Shown: positions 7,843 to 17,290, counted from the stretch's first letter. The stretch: 26,163 bases of DNA from a virus (IMGVR_UViG_3300025103_000135:1-26163); one strand, 5' to 3'. A program made the numbers and translations. The notes: a model not told the origin generated them from the letters alone.

Positions 7843-10800
7843 TGCCTGAAATATTCCTGCCTCACAGGAACGTGATACTTGAGTTTCCCGATGAAATGGG
7901 AGACGACGAAATTAAGGCTGCCATCGATAAGGAATACCCGATGACCGGCGAAGAGGTTGCCGGTCACATGATGTTAGACCCGGATTGGTTTAACAACGAC
8001 ATGACGCTTGACGAGTACAAGCGTTACCGGGAATGGAAGAATGAGCAATCGATGGGGGTTTCTGAATTTGCCTCGGCTGCCGGTGGTGCTTTTAAGCAGA
8101 TTGGTGGTGAAGTTGTTGGTGCGTTAGGTGAGTTGGCCACTTCGCCACTTGAATTCGCTAGGTCAGTTCCTTCTGGGCTTGGGGTAGGCACTCTGGATAT
8201 GTGGCATTTAGGGAAGCAGATTGTTAACCACTTTAGTAAGGCTGAAGACACTTACGATGATTTTCTCTCTGGCCGAAAAGACACTGAAGCCCGAAGGGCT
8301 GAGTACGATAAGCAGCTTGAAAAAGACATGGCTGCGGAGCGTGATAAAATTCAATACTTCAGCCAGATCAGGGAAGAGCTAATTGAGGAGTCACCTAACC
8401 CAGAGGCGACAAGAGGGCAAGCCAACGTCCTAGACCCTTCACTTCCTTTCGGCGGTTTCCTCGGTAAATCATTTACTAAAGCAGCCTCGAAGGTCGCCGC
8501 AACTGCAACCGGCAAGGCAGCTTCTAAGGTTGGCCGAGGCATGTATAGGGCAGGCGACACACTGGGCGAGATTGGTGAAGGCGCACGCGATGTCACGTCA
8601 AGAGCCTTTACCGGGGCAACAGGAGTGACACCTGAGACAGGTCGTGCGCTGGCTGTTGGCGCAGGATTAGGTGGTGGCGTTATGGCTGCTGGTGCGCCTG
8701 TCGTAGCCGGTGCCTACGGTGCCACTAAAGGGCTTCAGGTTGGCGGTAGAGTGCTTGCAGAGGCTGGCGAGGGTCTTCAGAGGGGGCTGGGCCGTGAAGG
8801 CTTCTTTGGCGGTGCTGCGGCCCGTTTAGAGGGCAAGCAGGGCTATGGCCTGGCAAGGACTCTTAGCTACGGCGACCCACTGCTGGAGCTAGGTGCTGGA
8901 GCAGCCGGTGGCATGGCTGCCGGTGGTGTAGTAGGTATGGGCCTCGGTGGATTAGCAGACGGCTGGGAAGGTGCTGCCAGTGGCCTCGGAGGGGGCATAG
9001 CACTAGGTGGATTCGGTGGAGGCATCGCAAGGGGCGTAGAGGGCGTTACAGGGGCCGCTATGAGGGCCAAGCGAGCCAAGGATGTGGACTTTTATATGCG
9101 TAACCTGAGTGACTCTGATAGAGCCATGATGCAGGGTTACATTGACAAGTACGGCAAGGATCAGGCTGCCACTATATTTGATGTTACTAGGATTTTCAGA
9201 GGGCCGCTTGGTGATGCCAGCGTTAAGTTTATTAATGATCCAAAGGCTGAACGGGGATTTGTCCCTGACATGAAGTCAGCCGAAGGAATACCAACTCTGG
9301 TAGTTAACCTAGCAAAGGCTGATAGTCACTACACAATCGGCCATGAGCTATGGCACGGCCTTACAAAGATCGAGCAGTTGCAACCGATGGCTGACGCGAT
9401 CCGAACAGAGATTGCAGGTATGTGGTCTGAAGGAAAGCTGTTGCAGGAAGGATTGATACCCGAAGCCCAGCTTGAAAATTTTTTCAATGATTACGTTAAA
9501 AAGCTGAAGCCGAGTGACCGGCCATCGGAATCTTCTGTTGCTACAAGAGAAGGCAGGGCTAAATACATTGTTGATGAAATTGCTGGTGATCATATGGCAA
9601 TGGTTATTACGGGTAAGAAGGGTAAGAAGTATGACCGTATGATGCGCGGCTTCGATACCCCTCTTCGCAAGGTGATCGATGAGCAGGTAATGAAGCAGAC
9701 CGGCGGTGCGATTAATAATGCCATTGCGAAGTTAAGCCAGATAGGCGTTACACCCGGCAAGTCGATGCTCTTCCCTGACATGGACAAGACCAGCCCGGTA
9801 GTGGGGGCCATGCTGCGTGACATGGTTCGCAGCAGAAAGAACCTTGGCGAACTGGTCGAGGCAACTGACAAGACGATTACTACCGCCATTAAGAAGAAAG
9901 ACTTTAAACATCATCAAGTAGAACTTGAGCGGCTTAACATGCTGAAGGATGACGGCAAGGGTGGTCGTGTGATGAAGAATGACAAGGACATTGCCGCCGA
10001 GGAGGCTGCAAGTGATTCTGCCATGAAGAATATTCTGGAGAAAGGGGGGCCAGATGGAATGCGGATTGAAACGGAGACGAAAGACGGGACTACGGTCGAG
10101 GTTATTCGAGGCACCCGGTTCAGCCCGGAACAGATCAGTGAGATTCAGGCTAACTCTACGATCCTTCCGACCACTCGTCAGAATGTGGAGGCGTTTAATA
10201 ACGCTGTTGAGAATGGACTGATCACAGACATGACGTACTACGCTGCTACCACCCGGCGTAAGAACAGGCTGACCGGGCTTTTCACCAGCAAGTATTCGTC
10301 AGGCATCAAGAAGAGTAAGCGTGCTGTGCTGCCTTATACGATTGAGGTATCAAATGCCGGTAACATATTTGTGCGTGCAATCGATTGGACAAAGCTCTGG
10401 ACTGACACAGCTAACATGTCTTTCGCCAAGAAGTTGGGCCTCTGGGATAATGATCATGCTGCATTCATTCACGAGTTTCAGGAGTACCTGACTAACCTTG
10501 CTTCTGATGATCCGGTTAAAAGCAAAAAACTTTTCGGGCAAAACAAGGCTGACTTCTTTCAGGAACTTTTGATGAAGAAGGAAAAGGGTGGAGGTAAATA
10601 CACCAAGAACTTTCGCTTGGATCGTATGGACGGCTTACAGCCTACCGGCGAGAGGGCCAAGATGAGTGAGGATGCCTACCAGTTAAGCAAGGATCGCTTC
10701 ATGGTTGATGTGGGTGATGCAATACCGGACAAGGTTTCAGTTGAATTTATACCGGGCAAGGCAACAGGGTTTTTAGAGAGACTGATCGGTGCGCCAATGT

Positions 10801-13800
10801 TAGTGCGTGAGCAATATCATAACGACATGATTCAGGCACACATCAATCCTGAAACAAATAAACTGCACATACTAGAGGAACTAAAGATTGAACATGAAAT
10901 TGCCACACGTCCATCAGCCTATTTAAATTCTGCTGGTCAACTTGAGATTAATCCATCGATGATAATCAAGTTAGCCAAGGGTACTACCCGTTCGGAAGCG
11001 TTGGTAGCCTCCAACCTATTTGGCCTGTACGCTCATCAGGAGGGGGTTGGGGGTTATAAGCCTGCTTACAAGCGAAGCAAAGGGGCGAATGCGTTCCGCA
11101 TAGACATTGGCCGTGAGCTTACAGAAAAAGACATTGACGTGATCCTCAAAAGGGTCGAGGCTGACCAATCAGGAGGGGCAGGTGACATTGCCCTTTTCCC
11201 GACAGAAACTGGCGTGGACATTGTTCATCTCGGTTTCAACGATGCTATAAAATACGGTAGCGTGTATGAGTCACTATGGGCTGCCCTAGAAACGGAGAGT
11301 TACGCAGGTTCTGCTATAGATAAGTTTAGGGCAGGCGATACAATTTACGAAACTAATAACTGGAAAGAAAATCGAAATGGCGAAAATTATAAGGAAGGGG
11401 CGTTACTGCACGGCGAGAGAGTTGGAGGAGTCCGACCCGATATATTCCGAAGGGTGGACAGTCGGATCGGTGACCCCATTAGGGACGTCTACCGAAAGTG
11501 GGAATCAGAAGGGTACGGCGACTCCCCCAGAGAAGGCAGAAGGCACGGAGCCACCGAACTCCAGCCAGTAACTGCCAAGTCGAAGAACGGTTATGATGTA
11601 CCCGTGCTGCGTGTTAACAACGCGACACACGATGGGGTGCCAAAACCTAAAGACTCTTCAAAGTGGGGGGAGGCTCAGTGGCGCGACTATCTTGAACGCG
11701 AGCAATTAGCTGACCAGCTTCAATCAGAATCACCCAACAAAGGCGTTAGCCCTGATGAATGGGTGCAACAACTTCAGACGCGCCTTGACGGGGTGTCGAT
11801 GACAGAACTTCCACCTCACCCATCTCGTTTGCATGAGTGGGTGCAAGACCCCAGCAAGTTGGCTGAGTATATAAGTGATGCCTATGCGAAGAACCCTGAT
11901 CTGGTTTTAAAGAGCAAGGAGGGTCTTGAGTCTGTTCGCCAGATGCACGAGCTTGCTCGTCAAGGCAAGCTGCCAGTTGAGGCGACTGCACTGAATTACT
12001 TCTGGGGATTCTTATCAAGAATGCTTGGCCCATATGATCAGGAGGCAGGCTGGATTCGCATGGTTAGCAACCCGAAGTTCATGGAGCAACTTTACAAGTC
12101 TATTGATGGCGAGTTCAGTATGCCACGAGGTGAATACTGGACACCTGAAAAAGTTGTGGCTGCGGAGGGCTGGAAGAATGTTAGAGGCAAGCAAAGTGTC
12201 AGCGATAAGCGTTGGAAGCTGGCACAGGATATGGCAGATCGCCGTAACCGTGAGCAGAAAGGCACATGGGTTGAGTTGGTTTACCGTGTGACAAAAGGTC
12301 AGCAGGCCCGGTCACATGAATCGGCTGGCATGAATGCACTCCAGAACATAAACGGGTTTCACTCGATGCTGGCTAGATGGAACGGGAGATGGAATGACGT
12401 TAACAGGGTTTTAAATGATTCAAGATTGACCGGGCCACAGATGCGCGAGGCGATGTGGTCGCAGGGATTATTATCAGCAGGCATTCACGACAAGGTGAAT
12501 AGCTTCGTGATACTGACGCTGGCTCGTGATGATGTGGTTATTGTTGACCGCTGGCAGATGATTAATTTCTGGGAGGCGCAGTTAAAGGCTGCTGTCGAGG
12601 CCAAGGAGGGGCCGGGGGCATCTCTTTACATAACCAAGAAAGGGGATGTTCCGGTTGAGAAGACGGGCTGGTCGGATACTGTGCAGAAACAACTGAGCGG
12701 CATGGCTGGCTCACATGCCCTGTATCGCGTCCTAGAAGGTGCCTTGGGTGATGTTTCAAGCCGAATGGATGCTCATCTACCTGCTGAGTTGCAGGGTTCG
12801 TTTAACAGCGTCTCAGGCACGCACTGGGTGACATGGAATATTGCCAAGAATGAGCCGGTGGGGCATAGCTCGCTGGATGTGGTTAATCGTTTTGCACTGG
12901 AGCATGGATTCCCTGATACACCCAAGAAGCGGAAGGAATTTATTAAGCGATTCACTGTAGCCAAGAAGTTTACTGAGCAGGCACGATCCGAGGGAGGGTT
13001 TAAGCGTTTTGAAGTTGAGAAAGGTAAGCCGACTGTCACTACCCGCTTCATGCCTGACGTAGGCGGCCAAGACGCCTTGGGCATGTTCAGTGCAGCCGAG
13101 CGTGCCACTGTTGACCTGAAGCAGGAGAAGGGTAGTGCCTCGCAGATGCTGGCGATGATCAAGAAGGCTGGCGTTAAGGATGAGGAGTTGCAGGCACTTG
13201 GTCTGGACAAATTCCTTGAGGGCAATCGTCGCGTCACCAGGGACGAGATTATCGATCACCTCGTGGAGAATAGTATTACTGTTGAGGAGACGGTGTTGGG
13301 GGGTGGCGAGGCAGTGCCGCGTTACGAGTCTGGGGTGAGAGAGGATACAAACGTATGGGTGGTTCACGACGGAAGCGGCGGGTTTGTTGATGTGCCAAAG
13401 AGAATTGCCTCAAATGCCGCAGAGGCACAGTCCTACGCTGACGCTCACCCCGAACTTACCCGTCACCGAAGCATGATGCGGCCAGAAACCAAACACTCCT
13501 CCTACGTCGAACCCGGCGCAGTCGAGGGCAGCTACCGGGAGTTGTTGCTGCGGTTGCCGAAGAATGACCCGCCACTTCTTTTGGCGAAAAATACCGACGG
13601 AAATATTATCTCCACAATGAGGCTGCCGAACACTGATCCACAGACGAAGGCAGAATACATTTCAGAAGCGTCATCATCCGACCTTGCGCGAGAAAACCCC
13701 GGCCTTACGTTTGAGTATATTGAAGGCAAGGCCGACTACAAGGGAGGCCACTACGGCGACACCCCGAACACCCTCGCCCATGTCCGGTTCAACGACCGCA

Positions 13801-14951
13801 CATCTGAGCATGGTAAGACGCTATTCATCGAGGAGATACAGAGCGATTGGCATCAGGAGGGGCGTAAGAAGGGGTATCAGGGTGATGCGCTTGAATTGTT
13901 CAGAAAGAGGGTTATGGACGCAGCTAGACGGGACGGTGGAACAGATATGGCGGTGGTCGAGAAAGCGTTCAATCATTTGTTAGAAGAACCACGAACCACT
14001 GACGCAAGGCCAACTACTAGGGAGTGGCAAATCCTGCAAAATGCTATTGGTAAAGAGGGTAAAGAGCGGATTGATCTTAACTTTTTCCATGACCGAAACG
14101 ATTCTAACCTAGTCCCAGACGCACCCTTCAAGACCTCGTGGCACGAACTGGCGATGAAACGCATGATCAAGTATGCCGTTGATAATGGTTACGATGCCAT
14201 CAGTTGGACGAAGGGTGAGACGCAGTTTCAGCGGTACGGTTCCTCAGAGATTGCATGGGTGAAGGACGGTGACGGTTGGAAGGTCAAGGCTACTGAGCAA
14301 CGAGGTAGCGAGGCAGACGGCATTAACATTGAGGCTGCTGCCCGTGCAGAAGGTATACTCAAGGAAAGCGGCGACACGATCACCAGCAAGGAACAGTTAC
14401 ACGCCCTAATCAAGGAGACGGTGATGGAGCGTGAACGCGGCCAATGGTCACCGGAGAATTTCGAGAAGCAGGTTGATAAGCTAACCGACCGCACTTGGGA
14501 GAGAATGCAAAACGAGGATGCCGGGACATCGCTACCGCGCAAGGAAGGCATGAAAGGTTTCTACGACCGTATGCTGGTCAAGATGAAGACGTGGAAGAAG
14601 CTGGGGCTAAAGGTGGAGACGGGTGAGATTAGCAAGTTAACACCTGAACAGAAGGAGTTCCTAGAGGGTGTTGACCTGAAGCCCCTCCCCGTCCACATCG
14701 TCAAGCTCACCCCGGAGGTTAAAGCGAAGGTGCTGGACACCGGCATTGCACGCTTCATGCCTGATGCCGCAGTACCGGGTGCCGAGCGTAACAGTATAGG
14801 CTGGTCGATGCTGTTGACCAAGGCAGGCAACTGGAGGGTGTACGGCCCGGACGGTGTACTGGCTGGGGTTGCAGGCAGCAAGCAACGTGCTGAACAAATC
14901 TTTAAGACCAAGTACAAGCGGGAGTTGCGGAAGAGGGAGAAGGCCAAATGA
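7842..14951 (+). CDS. Giant modular internal virion (polyvalent-type) protein, 2369 aa
   Basis: Gly/Ala-rich hydrophobic stretch (~aa 265-400), HELWH zincin motif (aa 501-505), HhH-GPD-like motif (aa 1547-1571), FIEEIQSDWHQEGR module, three RFMxD linkers; last of the ejection trio. Confidence 0.8.
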   Translation: MPEIFLPHRNVILEFPDEMGDDEIKAAIDKEYPMTGEEVAGHMMLDPDWFNNDMTLDEYKRYREWKNEQSMGVSEFASAAGGAFKQIGGEVVGALGELATSPLEFARSVPSGLGVGTLDMWHLGKQIVNHFSKAEDTYDDFLSGRKDTEARRAEYDKQLEKDMAAERDKIQYFSQIREELIEESPNPEATRGQANVLDPSLPFGGFLGKSFTKAASKVAATATGKAASKVGRGMYRAGDTLGEIGEGARDVTSRAFTGATGVTPETGRALAVGAGLGGGVMAAGAPVVAGAYGATKGLQVGGRVLAEAGEGLQRGLGREGFFGGAAARLEGKQGYGLARTLSYGDPLLELGAGAAGGMAAGGVVGMGLGGLADGWEGAASGLGGGIALGGFGGGIARGVEGVTGAAMRAKRAKDVDFYMRNLSDSDRAMMQGYIDKYGKDQAATIFDVTRIFRGPLGDASVKFINDPKAERGFVPDMKSAEGIPTLVVNLAKADSHYTIGHELWHGLTKIEQLQPMADAIRTEIAGMWSEGKLLQEGLIPEAQLENFFNDYVKKLKPSDRPSESSVATREGRAKYIVDEIAGDHMAMVITGKKGKKYDRMMRGFDTPLRKVIDEQVMKQTGGAINNAIAKLSQIGVTPGKSMLFPDMDKTSPVVGAMLRDMVRSRKNLGELVEATDKTITTAIKKKDFKHHQVELERLNMLKDDGKGGRVMKNDKDIAAEEAASDSAMKNILEKGGPDGMRIETETKDGTTVEVIRGTRFSPEQISEIQANSTILPTTRQNVEAFNNAVENGLITDMTYYAATTRRKNRLTGLFTSKYSSGIKKSKRAVLPYTIEVSNAGNIFVRAIDWTKLWTDTANMSFAKKLGLWDNDHAAFIHEFQEYLTNLASDDPVKSKKLFGQNKADFFQELLMKKEKGGGKYTKNFRLDRMDGLQPTGERAKMSEDAYQLSKDRFMVDVGDAIPDKVSVEFIPGKATGFLERLIGAPMLVREQYHNDMIQAHINPETNKLHILEELKIEHEIATRPSAYLNSAGQLEINPSMIIKLAKGTTRSEALVASNLFGLYAHQEGVGGYKPAYKRSKGANAFRIDIGRELTEKDIDVILKRVEADQSGGAGDIALFPTETGVDIVHLGFNDAIKYGSVYESLWAALETESYAGSAIDKFRAGDTIYETNNWKENRNGENYKEGALLHGERVGGVRPDIFRRVDSRIGDPIRDVYRKWESEGYGDSPREGRRHGATELQPVTAKSKNGYDVPVLRVNNATHDGVPKPKDSSKWGEAQWRDYLEREQLADQLQSESPNKGVSPDEWVQQLQTRLDGVSMTELPPHPSRLHEWVQDPSKLAEYISDAYAKNPDLVLKSKEGLESVRQMHELARQGKLPVEATALNYFWGFLSRMLGPYDQEAGWIRMVSNPKFMEQLYKSIDGEFSMPRGEYWTPEKVVAAEGWKNVRGKQSVSDKRWKLAQDMADRRNREQKGTWVELVYRVTKGQQARSHESAGMNALQNINGFHSMLARWNGRWNDVNRVLNDSRLTGPQMREAMWSQGLLSAGIHDKVNSFVILTLARDDVVIVDRWQMINFWEAQLKAAVEAKEGPGASLYITKKGDVPVEKTGWSDTVQKQLSGMAGSHALYRVLEGALGDVSSRMDAHLPAELQGSFNSVSGTHWVTWNIAKNEPVGHSSLDVVNRFALEHGFPDTPKKRKEFIKRFTVAKKFTEQARSEGGFKRFEVEKGKPTVTTRFMPDVGGQDALGMFSAAERATVDLKQEKGSASQMLAMIKKAGVKDEELQALGLDKFLEGNRRVTRDEIIDHLVENSITVEETVLGGGEAVPRYESGVREDTNVWVVHDGSGGFVDVPKRIASNAAEAQSYADAHPELTRHRSMMRPETKHSSYVEPGAVEGSYRELLLRLPKNDPPLLLAKNTDGNIISTMRLPNTDPQTKAEYISEASSSDLARENPGLTFEYIEGKADYKGGHYGDTPNTLAHVRFNDRTSEHGKTLFIEEIQSDWHQEGRKKGYQGDALELFRKRVMDAARRDGGTDMAVVEKAFNHLLEEPRTTDARPTTREWQILQNAIGKEGKERIDLNFFHDRNDSNLVPDAPFKTSWHELAMKRMIKYAVDNGYDAISWTKGETQFQRYGSSEIAWVKDGDGWKVKATEQRGSEADGINIEAAARAEGILKESGDTITSKEQLHALIKETVMERERGQWSPENFEKQVDKLTDRTWERMQNEDAGTSLPRKEGMKGFYDRMLVKMKTWKKLGLKVETGEISKLTPEQKEFLEGVDLKPLPVHIVKLTPEVKAKVLDTGIARFMPDAAVPGAERNSIGWSMLLTKAGNWRVYGPDGVLAGVAGSKQRAEQIFKTKYKRELRKREKAK

Positions 14952-14958
14952 ATTTCGG

Positions 14959-15363
14959 GTGGTGGCAATTACGAAGTACAAACAGCAGGGCAACTGCCAT
15001 GAACTAGCGGTAGCCCTGAAGGTAGCTGAATTGGGCGGGACAGTCTTGTGGCCATACGGCGATGGGCAGGCTTACGATTTGGTCGCAGACTTCAATGGTA
15101 AGATCAGTAGGATTCAGGTTAAGGGTACATGCCAGATCGCTAAGAATGGATCAGCCTCAGTTAACCTCCAGAAGGGAAGCCGAAAGCACACCCCGTACAA
15201 CCTCCGAGACTGTGACCTTGTGGTGGCTGTGACGCCGCTGGGCAACTTCGTCATCCCGGTGAAAGTGTTACGCACCTACCGTCTGGTAGCTTGGCCGGTC
15301 GGCGTTAAGAAGAAGCTGCCAGTTTACGAACCATTCAAGGAGGCTTGGCATTTATTAAAATGA
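14959..15363 (+). CDS. PD-(D/E)XK endonuclease (group I intron-associated / homing type)
   Basis: KQQGNCHE...PYGD...YDLVAD...RIQVKG; likely GTG start at 14959 or 14962 just after the upstream stop. Confidence 0.75.
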   Translation: MVAITKYKQQGNCHELAVALKVAELGGTVLWPYGDGQAYDLVADFNGKISRIQVKGTCQIAKNGSASVNLQKGSRKHTPYNLRDCDLVVAVTPLGNFVIPVKVLRTYRLVAWPVGVKKKLPVYEPFKEAWHLLK

Positions 15364-15611
15364 AGCGGCTTCCACCAGTAGGAACTAGGGTCAGGTGCCT
15401 ATGGCAGGACATCGTAGGTTATATCAACCAGCCACTGAAGGATGTTAAGATTGCCGACGTTTGGACGGAAGGAAAATTGGTAAAGGCCGACAAGGAATTT
15501 TTGGTAATAGCGACCAGCCAATATATCGATGACGGGCCAGTTGATGAGACGCTAGGAGACTACACCGCCATCCCGCGAGGAGCAGTAAAGTCGATCAAAC
15601 CCCGAAGGTGA
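15360..15611 (+). CDS. Hypothetical phage protein (small beta-barrel, W-x-D...G.L...IP.G.V..I pattern)
   Basis: ATGA overlap with upstream stop; pattern common among phage hypotheticals (from memory). Confidence 0.65.
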   Translation: MKRLPPVGTRVRCLWQDIVGYINQPLKDVKIADVWTEGKLVKADKEFLVIATSQYIDDGPVDETLGDYTAIPRGAVKSIKPRR

Positions 15612-15613
15612 TT

Positions 15614-15632
15614 TTGGACAAATTTTGGACAA
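15614..15632 (+). repeat. attP left arm: tandem integrase arm-type sites TTGGACAAATTTTGGACAA
   Basis: Identical 19-mer also at 15853-15871, same orientation, on the other side of the tRNA fragment. Confidence 0.8.
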
Positions 15633-15641
15633 GTCAGTGCT

Positions 15642-15659
15642 TCTAATATGTCTAATATG
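15642..15659 (+). repeat. TCTAATATG x2 tandem repeat, candidate Xis/accessory-factor sites
   Basis: Read directly; lies between left arm sites and core. Function is inference. Confidence 0.45.
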
Positions 15660-15736
15660 AGGTGTTTTGGAGGGTGAGTGATTTACAGTTTATGCCTGTG
15701 AATGAGGATGAATGACTGTGTGAGCAAAGAAATTTA

Positions 15737-15785
15737 CAGATTGTGATTCTGGTTGTCGCCGGTTCAAGCCCGGTCGATCACCCCA
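15737..15785 (+). other. attP core: 3' half of tRNA-His(GTG)
   Basis: CAGA-TTGTGAT-TCTG anticodon arm, GCCGG-TTCAAGC-CCGGT T-arm, CGATCAC acceptor strand, C discriminator, CCA; no D-arm or 5' acceptor strand upstream; 172 bp before integrase. Confidence 0.92.
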
Positions 15786-15852
15786 TTTTTTCTTCTGTTA
15801 TACCGTGCTATTCTGCACATCAGCTCTAAACGCTGCCCCTCGGAAATAGCCC

Positions 15853-15871
15853 TTGGACAAATTTTGGACAA
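15853..15871 (+). repeat. attP right arm: tandem integrase arm-type sites
   Basis: TTGGACAAATTTTGGACAA, identical to 15614-15632. Confidence 0.8.
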
Positions 15872-15957
15872 ATTAATGCTTGGCAGTAAGGGTGGTTAAG
15901 GTGTAAAACACCAATGTCCTGCGGGACATCTAAAAACAAAATCAGGAGCTACTAAAA

Positions 15958-17220
15958 ATGAAGATCGAAAAATACATAGGCCGCAACGGCAAGCCGGTTG
16001 ACAGCAAGCGCAAGGTGTCTGCGAAGGACGGCACCACCGCAGTGATCGAGTTGCGCGGTAAGAACTGGCGCACCCGCTTCGCTGCCAACGGCAAGCACCA
16101 CCAACTCAACCTCCGCACCACGGATGAACGTACAGCAGCAGCCACTGCTCTGGACAAAGTCCGGGCAGCCTCCCGCGAACAATGGGACTTCGTTCATGCC
16201 GGTCAGAACAAGAAGGGTGTCATCACGATTGGTCAGTGCATTCAATTATTTATCGAACAGGATGTGCCGACTCAGACCAAGCGCGTTTCTCGTGAGGCCA
16301 GCAATCGTTTACGCACGCTGATTCGTACAGCCCTCCAGATTGAACGGAAACAGGTTAAGGATGCTGAGTCAGGGGAATGGGTTGAGCCAGCGATTGACAA
16401 GCTACCTGCTACAATCCTCGACCGTCAACTGGTTAAGAAGTTTATGAAGAATAGGCTCTTAGGTTACCCGGAAGCGGGTGAGGCACGCGAGAGTCGTATT
16501 CGTGGTGCAAACAGTTTGCTAGGGGATGCGAAGAGTTTATTTTCCAAGCGAAACATCGTGGACAAACTCTATCCCGGCCTGCCTGACATAAGCACATTCG
16601 TTGAAGCACCGCACCAGAAGTGTACTCCCGTTGAATTCCTGTACGAGAAGATCGATGGCCAGGTGGAGACACTGAAAGCTAACCTCCCTGCGTTGAAAGA
16701 GTCAGACCCCTCGGCCTACTTGTTATTCCAGTTGGCTGCGGGGTGTGGCTTGCGGAGGACAGAGGCTTTACAGGCTCGGAAGGAATGGATCACCTTTTAC
16801 AAGGGGAAACGGGTGCTTTACGTTCAGCCCACTGAGACGTGGGTGCCGAAGGGTCGTAAAATTCGCCGGGTGCCGTTAAGCGAATCGGTGTATGATCAGA
16901 TTCTTTTACTCAGTGATGACTCTGAGTTCATCATCCCTGCATACAGTGGTAATGATCGCAAGCAGGGGATTGGCAGAAGACTGTGTAAGTGGTTCTTGTC
17001 TATCGGGTGGACTGAAAAGAAAAAGACGCATGAGTTGCGGAGGTGGTTTGGCAGTGAAGTAAGTCACCAGATTAAAGACCTGTTCGCGGTGCAGCGTTTA
17101 CTGGGTCATGCATCTATTACCACTACCGAGAGTTATTACGCTGATATTGTTAAGCAGCCTGAGTACGAAATTAACCTGACCGCCGAGCAGCCTGTTAACA
17201 AACAGGCGGCGGTTGGGTAA
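15958..17220 (+). CDS. int: Tyrosine integrase
   Basis: GCGLRRTEAL (R), PKGRKIRRVPL (K), THELRR (HxxR), LLGHASITTTESYY (H, Y); AGGAG upstream; next to attP. Confidence 0.95.
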   Translation: MKIEKYIGRNGKPVDSKRKVSAKDGTTAVIELRGKNWRTRFAANGKHHQLNLRTTDERTAAATALDKVRAASREQWDFVHAGQNKKGVITIGQCIQLFIEQDVPTQTKRVSREASNRLRTLIRTALQIERKQVKDAESGEWVEPAIDKLPATILDRQLVKKFMKNRLLGYPEAGEARESRIRGANSLLGDAKSLFSKRNIVDKLYPGLPDISTFVEAPHQKCTPVEFLYEKIDGQVETLKANLPALKESDPSAYLLFQLAAGCGLRRTEALQARKEWITFYKGKRVLYVQPTETWVPKGRKIRRVPLSESVYDQILLLSDDSEFIIPAYSGNDRKQGIGRRLCKWFLSIGWTEKKKTHELRRWFGSEVSHQIKDLFAVQRLLGHASITTTESYYADIVKQPEYEINLTAEQPVNKQAAVG

Positions 17221-17290
17221 GCTGATCTTGTCATCAGCGCAACAAATCTTGTTGCGAAAAACTTGTGTCATAACTTTTTCTGGTTTTCTG

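Noticed and set aside
15700-15785. Complete tRNA-His gene
   Set aside because: No D-arm or 5' acceptor strand upstream of 15737; it is an attP core fragment.
15880-15929. int promoter TTGGCA-N18-TAAAAC with small palindromes GGTGT-AAA-ACACC and ATGTCC-TGCG-GGACAT
   Set aside because: Plausible but the match is too weak to call without transcript data.
17238-17261. Intrinsic terminator after int
   Set aside because: The hairpin is followed by A's on the + strand and has no U-tract in either orientation.
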